Part shown: positions 12,153 to 24,352 of the stretch, piece after piece | Layout of the letters: each line of letters starts with the position of its first letter | Position numbering within the stretch: position 1 is the first letter of the stretch | Assembly (NCBI GenBank): GCA_010405405.1 | Contig: MU004243.1 | Span: forward strand, 119,340 to 183,339 | Direction of reading: 5' to 3' | Length of the DNA stretch: 64,000 nucleotides | Origin: Microthyrium microscopicum | Taxonomy: Eukaryota | Program-made: the position numbers and the translations under genes | Notes under the pieces: generated by a model | Databases searched by the model: none | Told to the model about the DNA's origin: nothing | Seen by the model: the letters and a program-made list of their open reading frames with translations, nothing else

Positions 12153-13007
12153 TCATGCCACGATACTTTGTTTCTTATCCTTGCTTTCCTCTTCAGCTGC
12201 CGACTCGTCGCTCTCGCTGAGATCTTCTTCTTCCCAACCAAAAAAAGCTCTCGCCTGAGGTTTTGAAGATGATTCGCCCTTCTGCGAAAGCTTTACCTCA
12301 GCTTCGTTCTCCTCATCACTAGCCTCTTCATCTTCAGATCCGCTACCAGATCCATCAGAACCCATCAAGACATCGCGAATCTCACCCGCTGATAGCGATG
12401 CCAAAACAGCCTCGCGCGTCTTCTCTGATGCTTCCTCCTTATCTTCCATCCATTTGCCATCCAGTCTCGCCTTGCCACCAGCCTGCAGTTCATCAGTCTT
12501 CTTCTCCGCCATCTCCACAACCTGTTGCCAACGCTTCCGTCTCTCCTCCTTCTCTTTCGCATCCATATCCGGCTTCACTGCCAGATACTCTGCGAGCGCT
12601 TTTGCCTCTGTGACAGTTCGTAGCCGTCGGCCATCGAGGTTGCGACTTGATCCATTTTGTTCGCCCTGATTCTTCTTTTTGCGCGATGACATGCGCCCGC
12701 CAGCGGCGCGAAGTTGTGATCCGAAGCCACCTTTGCCACCACAGAGTGTGGTGTGTAGTCTGAGGTTGAGGAATGTGTCATCGGTGTCTGTGAGGAGGCT
12801 GCTGATGGGGATTTCGGGGTTGGCTTTTAATTGGCGGCCAGAAGTTGTGGAGACTATGAGTTGTGAGAGCAGACCAGCCGGGAGGCGCTGTTGTATTGCG
12901 CTCAAGGCATCTTCTAGTGAAATTGTTCGGGGGACTTGTACGTTGATGGTGGAAGGCAGGTTGAGACCTGGGAAAGTTGAGACGAAGAGATTTAATGGGG
13001 CGACCAT
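12153..13007 (-). CDS. SDE2: Sde2 ubiquitin-fold splicing/telomere-maintenance protein
   Basis: N-terminal ubiquitin-like region ending LCGG|KGGFGSQLRAAGGRMSS, motif SRNLDGRRLRTV, acidic tail. Confidence 0.93.
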   Translation of the reverse strand: MVAPLNLFVSTFPGLNLPSTINVQVPRTISLEDALSAIQQRLPAGLLSQLIVSTTSGRQLKANPEIPISSLLTDTDDTFLNLRLHTTLCGGKGGFGSQLRAAGGRMSSRKKKNQGEQNGSSRNLDGRRLRTVTEAKALAEYLAVKPDMDAKEKEERRKRWQQVVEMAEKKTDELQAGGKARLDGKWMEDKEEASEKTREAVLASLSAGEIRDVLMGSDGSGSGSEDEEASDEENEAEVKLSQKGESSSKPQARAFFGWEEEDLSESDESAAEEESKDKKQSIVA

Positions 13008-13376
13008 GTTGATGATGAATTTGATGAATATTAATCGTGGGTGGTCAGCTGTACAGTCGTGAGTTCTGGATGTAAGAGAGTTGGAGGGGATTGTTAGAAA
13101 GTGCAGTTTGTTTGAGTTAAGTAGTAAGAAAGTCTAGAGGTTCCTGGGACGCTAGACATACCAAAGTTGACAATTCACTAGCGTCCCAGTGAGCAGCGAG
13201 GGGCAGGGCAGCCTTGGCATTCTCTCGGAGCAGCGGCATAATAGATAATCCGATGGTCTGTGCTTCCAGTTTAGTGCGTGGGCAATGAACACTGCACCCA
13301 AACTCAAAATCCCAGAAGCATCAAGTCAATCTCTCCCGTCCAATACACGAACCATCTCACCCTTACAACCGTCAAG

Positions 13377-14104
13377 ATGTGAGCCAAACGAACCGTCGCC
13401 ATATAAACTAACAGCTAATAATAATAGGCTTATGCCCAAGGCGGACCGTAAGAAGATTCATGAGTACCTCTTCCGCGGTATATACCCCAATCACGATATA
13501 CCAGTCAATTACTGACAATGAATCTGCAGAGGGTGTCCTCGTCGCGAAGAAGGATTACAATCTCGAAGCCCATCCTCAAATCGAGACCAAGAACCTCTTC
13601 GTACGTCATATCCACCGAAACAATTACACGAACCGACATCTAACAAACCTTCGCGCAAATAGGTCATCAAGGCAATGCAATCGTTAACCTCCAAGGAATA
13701 CGTCAAAACCCGTTTCTCATGGCAATACTACTACTACACCCTCACCCCCGCCGGTCTCGACTATCTCCGCGAATGGCTCCATCTGCCCGCCGAAATCGTT
13801 CCTCAGACACACATCAAGCAACAGCGCACCCACGCACCACCACGCGGCCTTGGCGGTGATGGAGAGCGAAGAGGTGGTGGACGTGGAGGACCCCGTGGCG
13901 ATCGTGATGGTGGAGATCGTGGTGGATATAGACGTCGGGACCAGGGTGAAGGTGGAAAGGAAGGTGGTGCTCCAGGAAGCTTTGATCCATCGTTCCGTGG
14001 TGGTTTCGGTAAGTCATGATCATGTGAGAGATGTTGTGTGTAAATACTGATGTTTGTGATTAGGTCGCGGACGTGGACGCGGTGGTGAGGCTCCTCCTTC
14101 TTAG
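13377..14104 (+). CDS. RPS10: 40S ribosomal protein S10 (eS10), 5 exons
   Basis: Exons 13377-13378, 13428-13477, 13530-13600, 13663-14008, 14064-14104 give MLMPKADRKKIHEYLFREGVLVAKKD...FSWQYYYYTLT..GLDYLREWLHLPAEIVP and an RGG-rich tail. Confidence 0.95.
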
Positions 14105-14422
14105 GCTACTACAATTCGGGTTCTTGGGTCGGAGAAAGGTGCATACTGCTTACTTTTGAGGTCTTTGGCATGATAGTAGTGCCGAGTGTCAAAACTATGA
14201 ATCAAGTTCAATGCATAAAATCATCATGAATTACAAAACCGACTGTTGAGTATTTAGTTACATTCATGGATCGCGCTGGTTATAATGGATCAACAAAAAC
14301 TCCTATGCAGTCGGCCATGGTGAAATCAGCGCTAACTCCGGGACTTTGCACGCTGGTTATGAATACCAAAAACGCAGGTCCAACTGATGGTCAAATGCTG
14401 ATTATATCGTTCTCGAGATTGA

Positions 14423-15478
14423 TCAATCACCAGGTGGTGGAGCACTGCCACTCAATCTGAGTACTCTCCGAACACTCTCGACTCCACGCTGAAGATGCTT
14501 ATGATTTGAGAATATGCCCTTGTGCATCTCTGTAGCATGTGATGCTTTGGCGGATGATACATTACTCCGACGTGCAGTAATTGACGATTCAGCAGCTGCT
14601 CCTCTAGGAGGCCAATTGCCCTCGTCTTTCCAGCCTTGTACTATCACCCGCATCATGTGAGCGAGGTTGATTGGTACTGCCGGTGTCCGACTATCCCTGA
14701 CGATCTTTTCGTATAGCTCTGAGTCGGTCCTCGCCATGATACTAGCACGGACTGGGTGTGTGTTGGGTAGAAAGGGTGTACTTATTGGCAGCAGCACATC
14801 TGTTAATGATGAGATGTCTGCTGGAGGTGCGAATGGCGAATTGGTGGGTTTCGTGAGTGAGGAAGGCGAAACGGCGATACCAGAGTCGTTGTCTGTAGTG
14901 GATGCAGAGGCCTGATCTTCCGAGGTTGACTTCTTCAGCGTCTCTTCCGATGGGTTTGATGAAGATGGTATAATTGTGTCTTTCGTCTTCCGCAGAGCAT
15001 TTGCAGCTTCAGGCGAGACAGCGCTGGTCCACGCATTGCGTCGCTGGAGAAAGAAACATAGACCTTCATTCCATGATATCTCTTCATTGAGCGCTTTAAC
15101 TTTCCGCTTTTTCCGTGCTTGGATCTTGTGTTCTAGGTAGTCCGCTACGCTGTCTGGTGTATCAAATTTCGGTCTTCGCTTTGCCTTTCTTGAGCCAAGG
15201 TTGGTTACGATAATATTACTCTCCGTCTCATCCAGGCCAGAGCTGCTTAGTTCTTCATCTTCAAATAGCGAATCTGACGTATCGAAATCATCTTCCTCTT
15301 CCGCATCACTGTCATCGGATGTGCTGTAAAACCGCTCTCGGTATGTTATGGGATTGCTAGGAGTAGATGGTTCGGCAGTCTTTGAGGGAATGGTCGCAGG
15401 AAACCGCCAGTCGGCACGAACGGTTGCTAGGAGTGTGCGGTTGATTTCTCGAACTTGGGCTTGCGAAGGTTTAGCCAT
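14423..15478 (-). CDS. DUF4050 / Gag1-like clamp domain protein (start uncertain)
   Basis: Long ORF with WNEGL..F..RRNAWT and LYEKIV....P.VPINLAHM...IVQGWKDEGNWP motifs. Confidence 0.7.
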   Translation of the reverse strand: MAKPSQAQVREINRTLLATVRADWRFPATIPSKTAEPSTPSNPITYRERFYSTSDDSDAEEEDDFDTSDSLFEDEELSSSGLDETESNIIVTNLGSRKAKRRPKFDTPDSVADYLEHKIQARKKRKVKALNEEISWNEGLCFFLQRRNAWTSAVSPEAANALRKTKDTIIPSSSNPSEETLKKSTSEDQASASTTDNDSGIAVSPSSLTKPTNSPFAPPADISSLTDVLLPISTPFLPNTHPVRASIMARTDSELYEKIVRDSRTPAVPINLAHMMRVIVQGWKDEGNWPPRGAAAESSITARRSNVSSAKASHATEMHKGIFSNHKHLQRGVESVRRVLRLSGSAPPPGD

Positions 15479-16145
15479 GGCGAAGAATGTTTCAGGTACA
15501 GAGGACAAGTCTGTATATATGGCTCCATCCAGTTATGGAATGAAGTAAATAGAAAGGAAAAACTAACTAGGATTTAGAGGTGCGGAGAGGGTTGTTCAGG
15601 ATGCAAGGCAAGTGACAGGAATAGAATGTGGGGTTGTCGTCTTGCAGATGCATCAAAGCGTCACCAAAAAAATTCTCCGATTTCGTTTGGAGTCGCTCTT
15701 GACTTCTCAACGATCTTGTCAGATAGCACCAACCAATAGACAAAATGACTGGCGTGGCCTCAGTGCTCCACCGGCTCCGATGGCTCCCTTACAACATGCT
15801 TTGGGATTGGATACGATGAGTGCTGTAATAGGCGGTTAGACTGGCATAGTCATCGAATAGAATGGAAAAAATAGCAGCTTCTATTTAGTAGCGTTCGTGG
15901 GAGCCATGAAAGTTGATGGGGACACGCCAGTAATTTTGTCTATCAGCTGAAGTCAATAGTTCTTACTGCACGTATCAAACATACCTAGGCAAGCTAGGTA
16001 TTGTTCTTAAAGACTGCACTGCCTTGAGGCTCAATTCTATCTAAGCGATTCTAAGAATACCAAGTCTATCTTCATCACCCCCTCAATCCAGCGTACTCAT
16101 TCCCATCTTACCTCCTGGCTGGAATGTCTTCTTGAAGCGGACTTT

Positions 16146-18005
16146 CTATTTCATCTTCTCTTTCAGCTCCGCGGGTCTATCGCCGTACATTCGTTTCAGT
16201 ATCCCGGTCCGGTAAGCAACGCTGTAAAGGAAGAGATACAGCAACCTGATCCCCATAAGAACGAGTCGTCTAGAATTCGTTAGTACAGGATTACGATCGG
16301 AGCTAACACGCCTGAAAAGACCAAATGGCCTTTTCGTGGTGACATCATAGGACACCCATCGCATTCTATGGTAGCCATCAAGTGCGAATGGGAGATATGA
16401 TTGTTTTGGTTCCATCGGATGTCAAGAAATGTAGTTTTGCATAAGGGGAATCTTACCCAACAAGGTCACTGAAACGGTGCTCCGGCAGTTTATTCGACTT
16501 GCGGCTATCGACAAACTCAAATGGAATTTCGCCGCCGCCAACTTTCAATCCAACGTCCAGTCCAGAGGTGAAACCATCCTCGTGAAATCCATAACCCGTC
16601 CAGGCACCAGCAAACCAAATGCCACGATCGCCTTGGATTTTTCCAAGATCGGCTTGGGCTTTGACAGCTTCATTGGTGTATATAGGATGGCGGTATGGAA
16701 TTTCATATTGTATCAGTTCCTTAACTGGCATTTTGGGTGGATTCAGGGTCACCAGAACATTATCACACTCTTCCACGTCAAGGTGCTGTAAGATGTTCAT
16801 ATTGTAGGTAAGACTGACTGTCGTAGAAGCGGGATTTGCAGGACTTTCTGGCGAGGTTGATGTGAGATAATTCCAGGCGGACCAGGCTGCGGGTCTCTTG
16901 GGAAGAAGCTGCGTTCATTAGTCAAGTTGAAAGCTGTGAGTTTGCTGCACTTACGCTGATGTCCGAGTGCACATAGGCGATGTTTTCTGAAGTCTTGAAG
17001 TTCTTCAGCACGTCGTGTTCTGCAAGCCAGCCCGATGTGCTTTGCTTAAGAAGTCGAGCCGCTTGGTCTCCATGACATGCGAGGATAACGTCGTCAAAAA
17101 TGGCATCGTCGCCGTCCTCAGTTGTGAGTATTAGCTCTGTCTTCTTTCCCTTCTTGATCTTGTGAGTGGTTATTGATATAACCTCGGAGTTCAAATGTAC
17201 CCGTTCCTCTGGAAATTGGTCCATGAGAGCATCGATATACCGTTGTGAGCCTCCAGGAATTGTAAGCCACTTTGCCCGCCCCGAAACAGTGTTGAGCAAC
17301 TGATGATTATTCATGAATCTGATGAGTGTAACGGCTGGGAAGTCTAGGGCGCATTTACGTGGACCTGTCGACCATACGCATGCAGTCATGGGTAAGAGAT
17401 AGTTGTCACGAAAGCTTTGGCTGTAGCCACCTTGGTCAAGATATTCTCCGATGCTCATGGAATTCTGGTCGCACTTTGGGTCCCGCAAGAGATCCGTGGC
17501 AAAGGCGTTGAATCTTATCAGGTCGTAAAGCATCACCCAGTGGTAGAAATTGAAGAGGTTTGTCCATTGACAGAAAAGTGTGAGTGGGTTCTTGCCTGCC
17601 CATTCAAAAGCACCAGCATCTCGGGATACAGAGAATGTCATGTCTGTAGGGACGGTATCGACGTCCATTTGATCCAGGAAGTTCAGGAGGTTAGCTGATC
17701 TATGTTAGCTGAGCTTTGGATATGTTGCAGAGATTACAGAGGATGGGAAACCCTCGAGTTAGGCAAAACTTACGATACGTTGCAGTGTTTATCACAATAA
17801 ATCCAGAGTCAACCGGTACTGTATCGCCATCAGGGCAGGTCCATTGAATTGTGTTTGTATGGCCTCCAAGCCGATCTGCCGCTTCGTATAGATGGACTTC
17901 ATGATGAGTTTCCCGGAGAGCATAGAGGGCTCCAAGACCAGATACGCCAGACCCAACGATAGCTATGCGCTTTGTGGGCTCGTCCGCCCGTGAAGATGTT
18001 GACAT
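16146..18005 (-). CDS. FAD/NAD(P)-binding amine-oxidase-like protein (COG2907 type), 4 exons
   Basis: IAIVGSGVSGL, YEAADRLGGHTNT, VDSGFIV, FEWAG, IPGGSQRY, ILACHGDQA, YRHP, WFAGAWTGYGFHEDGFTSG. The last intron (16270-16456) joins a hydrophobic C-terminal exon. Confidence 0.88.
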
Positions 18006-18856
18006 GTCGAGGGTAATTATGTTGGGAGTTGTTAAAGAAGAGATGAATCAAGTAATCAAGATGGAGGTCAAGTCTTGTTTTGAGATCTCGCTTCCTAAAA
18101 CAGCGATTGGATGACGGTCGAGCCTCCTTCCAACTAACAGGTAGAAACAGTAGATAGGCAGGCGCCTTTTTATTGGGCTACGTATTATCGAATACGATGG
18201 GAACTAGAAAGTATGCTCTGCATAAGGTGCAGTAGTAACCATCGCAGGCGATGGGAGGGTTTCATTAACGTTGTTGAATTGTTGGCAGTATGTTGTTTGC
18301 GTTGATATGCAACAGGTGCGAGCTAAGAGCTTTAGTCCATCACGATCTTTGGCGCAGCTTCAATGAGCGCATCAAGATCTTGTGCTAGTGAGGCCAGCGT
18401 CCAGCTCAAGTCTATTGAGATTTGCGGTACGCTGCGTCGCTGCAGTTGCGATCCAGAATATCAGTTACTTCAAGGGATACCGCTGGAGCAAGACACCCCT
18501 AGTAAGTGGTCTCTGGTTTAACTCTCTCTGTAGTCTACTATGTATAGGGGGCTGGGGAGACAATTGGGGCAGGAATTTGAAGGCTGACATCTCAAAAGCC
18601 CCTGGTCACGGGCCAGGATCTTTGATAGCGTTGCCTTCAAGAGAATCAAGACCATTCATACCTACCATCGCAAACTCCCCAGTTCCAAGTTCCAACATCC
18701 AACACAACCTGTTACTACCCGCTATCACAAACCACTGTCTGTAATTCGCTCGATCAACTTATACTCCACCAACCCTTGACACCGTCCTCGCTGTCTCCGC
18801 CTTCGTCAACGACTTCGTCTTCACGTATTCATCCCTTGACGTAACCACCTGCCACC

Positions 18857-19642
18857 ATGGCCAACATAATGGATGCTGAAGCTGGATCTGAGCTGCTAGC
18901 CAGCTACGAGGCCGAACTGAAGTTGGTCCAAGCAGATATCAGCCAGAAACTGGAACAAATTCCCGAACTCACCGGCGAGCCCCGCAAGGCCGCCATATCG
19001 CAAGCCGAGAGGGCCATCGAAGAGGCAAAGGAGATTGTATGCACCAGCAGCTCCTCTTTTCATTCACCATACTAACATCTCACTAGCTAGATCAAATGCG
19101 CATCGAGAAACAAAACATACCCACAGACCTAAAATCCAAAATCAACACAAGATTCCGCAACCACCAAACAGACGTTGACACTGCATCCCGGAAACTCGGT
19201 TCTTTCACGCAAGACAAGGGCGCCATGTATGGCAACAGATATACCGACGAACCAGAAGGAACCGGAGATGCACATCTCGATCAGCGACAGCAACTGTTAC
19301 ATGGTACAGATAGACTGGAGCGGAGTAGTGGTAGACTCCGTGAGAGCCAACGGATTGCTCTCGAGACTGAAGAGATTGGCCGAAACACACTGGCAGATTT
19401 GGGCCGACAACGAGAAGTCATTGATCACACGCGGAGCACTTTCAATGAGAGTGAAGGCTATACTGACCGCAGCATCAAAACGTTAAGGGGGATGGCACGT
19501 AGGTAATGCTTCTCTTTACATCTATTCTTAGGTCATGATGCTAACATGAAATAGGATGGCTACCAATCGGGTGATAACCATCGCCATCATCACAGTCCTC
19601 GTCCTCCTCATCATCGCTGTAATCGTTGGCAAATTCCGCTAG
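18857..19642 (+). CDS. VTI1: Qb-SNARE Vti1, 3 exons
   Basis: Habc-like N-terminus (SYEAELKLVQAD), SNARE motif QRQQLLHGTDRLERSSGRLRESQRIALETEEIG, C-terminal TM exon ATNRVITIAIITVLVLLIIAVIVGKFR*. Confidence 0.93.
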
Positions 19643-19837
19643 AAATTGGTCATTAATGGTGTATGGTGCATCTGGCGTTGGCTTCGGAGGCATTATGAAA
19701 TGAGATCTTATTTGGGCAACCAATTGATGCGTATTACATCCTTGCGCCATGTAGTATCTATAACTTATGCAAATGCTATGCTCTATGCTTATCGTATCAT
19801 CTCGCCCTCCCATTCCCCCAAAATTCCTCTCTTCATT

Positions 19838-20680
19838 TTACAAACTCTCCTCCCGTGTCGTAAACATCCTCAAAAACCCAAACAGTATATTCATAACCAA
19901 CCCAGCCATAACCATCACCTGCCGTCTCTCCGTCCAGACCCCCTCCTCTCTCGTGCCCCACCAAGCAGCCCATGGCCAGAAAAATCCTAACATCGTGCCC
20001 CATAATTGATCGTCTAATGCGCCCGCCTCATCCTCTTCAAAGCCCATTCCTTCCCCATCTCCACCATCTACTCCTGCCGGGCCTGTACTATCTAGCCATC
20101 GCTCCTCTAGCGCCCGTAGTGTATCGCCTAACGGCATGTTATCCGGCGTATGCGTATGCGACAGATGCGCCAAAAAGGATGCTCGCAGGGTCGCTACATC
20201 TGCCGCATCCCAGCCGGTCGCTAGTAATCTATCAAAGCCTCGCGGCCGCTCTAGCACTTCGTCATCGCGCTCATTGTCTAAATGGAGGGTAGGAAGGGAT
20301 GCGCGTAAGCTGGCTTCGAGGGCGGCAGCTTCGCCTGCTTCTGCGGCAAGTTGTTCGCTGGTCAGGTTTTCGCCGAGCGAACATTGTACGTATAAGGGCG
20401 GGCCGGGTCCGCGAGGGTATATTGGCGTTTTCCCCTTAATTGATTGTCGTGTAGAGGGGCTCAAGGCGGCACTAAGAGGGTCATGGTTGCGGAGGAGTTT
20501 GCCGGCAAAGATGAGGTTGAGGCGCGCATTTTTCTGGCCCACTGGAAGGTGCGATCGGATGAGGAGTTTGAGGGAGAGGACAGAGAGGGTTTGGGTGTTT
20601 GGGAGGGCGAGAGGCAGGTCGGGGATGGAAGAGGCGAAGCGGATAATGAGTTCGTGGATGTCGGGTGGGAGGGACGCCAT
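19838..20680 (-). CDS. DSC3: DSC E3 ubiquitin ligase complex subunit 3 (DUF2407)
   Basis: Ubiquitin-like N-terminus (IRFASSIPDL...LIFAGKLL), PRGFDRLL, LEERWLD, GTMLGFFWP and C-terminal TM segments. Confidence 0.85.
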   Translation of the reverse strand: MASLPPDIHELIIRFASSIPDLPLALPNTQTLSVLSLKLLIRSHLPVGQKNARLNLIFAGKLLRNHDPLSAALSPSTRQSIKGKTPIYPRGPGPPLYVQCSLGENLTSEQLAAEAGEAAALEASLRASLPTLHLDNERDDEVLERPRGFDRLLATGWDAADVATLRASFLAHLSHTHTPDNMPLGDTLRALEERWLDSTGPAGVDGGDGEGMGFEEDEAGALDDQLWGTMLGFFWPWAAWWGTREEGVWTERRQVMVMAGLVMNILFGFLRMFTTREESL

Positions 20681-21126
20681 AGTGGGGTTTGAGAGCGGAT
20701 TTGGAGGAATGCAGTAGGTTTTCGGAGTTGCTGGCTCATGATAGTGGTGGGGTTGGTGAATTGAACATGTTTGGTGTTTGTTGGGAGGAAAAGTTGAGCT
20801 TTTAGAAAGTTGTGATGTGGATGGAGCTCACAAGCAAGGTTGGTGTTGACGTTGGACAAGGATTACATTTTTGGTCTAAATTCCGAGATTTGGAAGACCA
20901 GAAGTAGCGTTTCTCTACATCGCGGTCACTTTTACGTTTTTCATCAATTCATGTTGGATTCTCTTTCAAAGATATCTTCTGAGCGCAATTATTTAACTAA
21001 TCGTTTTTGTGTCCTTGGAAATTGCAGTAGTTGATGATTCAACACTAAGTTGGAATCCAAGCAGGCTCCATAGGATGATATGCTACAATCCATCTGACAA
21101 GTTATGCTTGCGGGGTAAAGATGGTC

Positions 21127-22694
21127 CTAGTAGATATATGGAATGATTCTCCAAGGCACCTTCTTGCAATACTCATCCCAATCCTTCCCATACTTTGCGC
21201 GACACTTCTCCTCATCGCGTCGTTCACGATGTATCAACAGAACAGCAAAGTAGAGCATAAAGAAGTAAGTAACAATCATGCCCCAGCCCGCAGCATCACC
21301 TTGATACGAGACTACAGCCCCCGGTTGATTGATCATGACCTTGCCGCCCTCTGGGATGGTGACTGGCACAATCTTATGCCGGATGATTTGATAGCCAGCG
21401 AGTCCAGTTGGAAGGCAGTATGACCAAGACATGATCCAGTCTCCAAGATAGTTGATATGCCGAGCTGTTCCCCACCAGCCAGAGACGAGTAGCCTGCTTC
21501 CTGCCTTCGTTTCGATATACTTGAGATGAGCAACGGCTGGGTCATCCGGATTGGTACGGAAACGGTTCTTCTCGTTGTTGGACGAACGGAAGATGTAGTA
21601 GCCGATTGCTTGGGCGGCGATAGTGAGATATATCCATTTGCCTACGAAGACGGGATATACGGCGAGATATCTTGTTTGAATCGAATACATAAACGGTACC
21701 CAGGCGACATCTCCGAAAGATAACATGAAACCGAATCCGTCAGCGATAATATCGATGGTGGTGAGAATTGCGGGTTCCATATACAGAGCATCCAAGACAT
21801 AAACAGCTTGTGCAACTGTCGTAATGAGGATACTAGCTGTGACGTATCCAAAGGTGCGATATTGTTGTGCGACCATAGCTAAATCGACAAGAATCCATCC
21901 AAAGAGACCGGGTCGCATTTCCATCCAGATCTTGATGTCAACTTCTCCAACCAGTGGAATGTTGACACGAGGGTTGAGTTCTCTGCCGATAAACCAGTCG
22001 TATAGGTAGTTTCCAGTGATGCCACCCGGAGCAAGTTCACGCTTGTCGGTATTGCCTAGCTTGACTGTGAAGCTTTTGGCGTACACAAATACAGCCAATG
22101 CAAAGGAAACTATGAGATTTGCTGTGTAAAGTTGAATGAAGTTGTCGGATATAAAAGTCCATACTGGAAAGTCAGCACCTTGAGCGAGCGTCCCAGCGGC
22201 CAGAATTGCGGAGATGAAAAGTGCTGAAGAGAATGCTTTTGAATGTTAGCCAAGGCATACATTGCAAGTCAGGAATTTAGTTACCATTGAATCTATACTT
22301 GAGCTTTCCGCCGGCAGATAACTCGATACCTTCAGATTCAGTCGCAGGGAGAATGGCATAGAGTAGCATGCTTAGGCCGTACCACCCTAGCGTTGCGTAT
22401 AATGACTCAACGTTGAACAAAGTTTGCAGACCTTGCCAGTTGACATCCCGTTTGAGTTTATCAATGGTCAAAGTTGATGGACTTAGCAATGAAGGTACTG
22501 GACATCCTGAGACATCATTGCAAAGTAGTTGCGTCGCGTATTGCAAAGCTGGTAAGCCAAAAGTCATGCCCAGGGCTCCTGGCCTAAACCTTGGTTAGTC
22601 TACGATGCTGTTGTAGTTGTAAATTGATAACTTACGGTCCGAGAAACTCGTAGCCATGCTTCTTTGGCTGTGGTCTCACCACAGGTTTCGACAT
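21127..22694 (-). CDS. ERG24: C-14 sterol reductase (ERG4/ERG24 family), 3 exons
   Basis: GYEFLGP N-terminus, LKYRFN, YDWFIGRELNPR, EMRPGL, DGFGFMLSFGD, LLVSGWWGTARHINYLGD, LLIHRERRDEEKCRAKYGKDWDEYCKKVPWRIIPYIY. Confidence 0.95.
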
Positions 22695-23133
22695 TGTTGA
22701 CGCTTTCAGGGGTTGAGTGACAAGGAGTTTGAAGGTTGCTAAACTAGAGTAGTCCCGTGAAAATGTCTGATTCAAATATGAGCATTATATAAAAAGGACA
22801 AATCCAGAAAACATTACATCTGAAAAGAGAGGATGTGCCCAGGTGCAATGGACTGAGGAATTGCATACCGGAAGTTTCGAATCCGACCAGAACGGATCAT
22901 CGATACCAAAAAACAGCCCATACAAAATGTTCCTGCGCCATCCCCATGTCACTAGCCCATTTCTAGCCTAGCTCACATGAACCCTGCAACTGCATCTTCC
23001 CACGTTGTACGCGGGTTGAACCCATCTTACACAAGGCAACACAGCCCTCTTCCACAGTGCAGTTCTCCAACTCCTGCTCATCTGTCTTATTTCCTTACTC
23101 TCCTTCGCTTCTCCCAATGATTGCCGGCCAGTC

Positions 23134-24219
23134 ATGATGTTCTCGTCCCTTTGGGCCTCTCTCGCTCTCGCGCTGGCTCTTCCAGCCGCCGTTGTAGCCG
23201 CGGCTGAGAAGAAACCACCACCTCCGGATCTACCGTGTACAATACACTCGCCAGCGGGCAACTTTTTCGATCTCAGACCTCTACAACTTGCGCCCGCAAA
23301 GTCATCATCTAAAGTTGTACAGAAAGAACTCGAACTTGGCGGATGGCAGGCTCGAGGTTACGATTATGGCGCAAACTTCACTGTTAACTTTTGCGGCCCG
23401 GTCGTTCATAATTTGACGGATGTACAAGGTGTCGACAAGGAGCTATGGAGAAATGTCAGCGCTTTCTATGATATGAACGGCAAGACATATTCGATCGGGT
23501 ACGGTCCTCTTTCAACCTTAAAAACCCATTTGCTAACATGAACAGTTCTGCGAACGGCAACCCTATATTCCGTGGACGTAAACTCGTCCTAAACTACACT
23601 GGCGGTTCTCCATGCGACTCGAACAACCATAAGAGAAGTCTAGTCTCAGACCTAGAAAAGCGAGCATCGGACCCCAAAGCCTCCGCCGAATCTCCGCGCC
23701 GCAAGTCTACGATAATTTCACTTCTCTGCGATAGCGACCACGTTGACCCCAAAGTCACGGTTGCATTCGTCGGAGCAGATGAGAGCCAATGTTCCTACTT
23801 CTTCGAGGCTCGATCCGTACATGCTTGCGCCGGCATCGAGACAACGCCTCAACAACTTGGTCCAGGCGGGGTATTTAGTGTCATATTGCTCATTGCTCTG
23901 GTTGTATACTTTGTTGGTGGCTGCGTCTATCAAAGGACGGTTATGCACCAAAGAGGCTGGCGACAGCTTCCAAATTATACCATGTGGGCTGGAATTTTCG
24001 GTCTTGGAAAGGTAAAATCATTCGCAGGATCTTCACGGCAAATTCTAACTTTTATAGGATGCGGTGCTTATGCTGAGTTCTACTTGTATGCGATTGATAC
24101 CAGGAAGGAGCGGATACAGTCGGGTCTCACTGAACGGCAACTCGAGAAGCCGAGGAATTCATTCGAACGATGACGAGAATCGACTTATTGACCAGTTGGA
24201 CGATGAATGGGACGATTGA
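23134..24219 (+). CDS. MRL1: Mannose-6-phosphate receptor-like vacuolar sorting protein (Mrl1/ATG27 family), 3 exons
   Basis: Signal peptide, PCTIHSP.GNFFDL, ARGYDYGANFTVNFCGPV, RGRKLVLNYTGGSPC, TM segment, YQRTVMHQRGWRQLPN, tail DDENRLIDQLDDEWDD*. Confidence 0.85.
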
Positions 24220-24352
24220 GTAATGATATTTTATGGTTAGCGTAATAGAAACCTGCATTTAGAAGTCGAGATACCAATATTCTTTGATTTTTTCGATATC
24301 ACAAGTTCATGACATAAGGATTCGTTGAAAGTATAGTAGTGATATTAATAAT

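Noticed and set aside
22892..22907. ATCATCGAT as a possible SREBP/SrbA site in the ERG24 promoter
   Set aside because: Does not fit the spacing of the consensus as I recall it; too weak to call.
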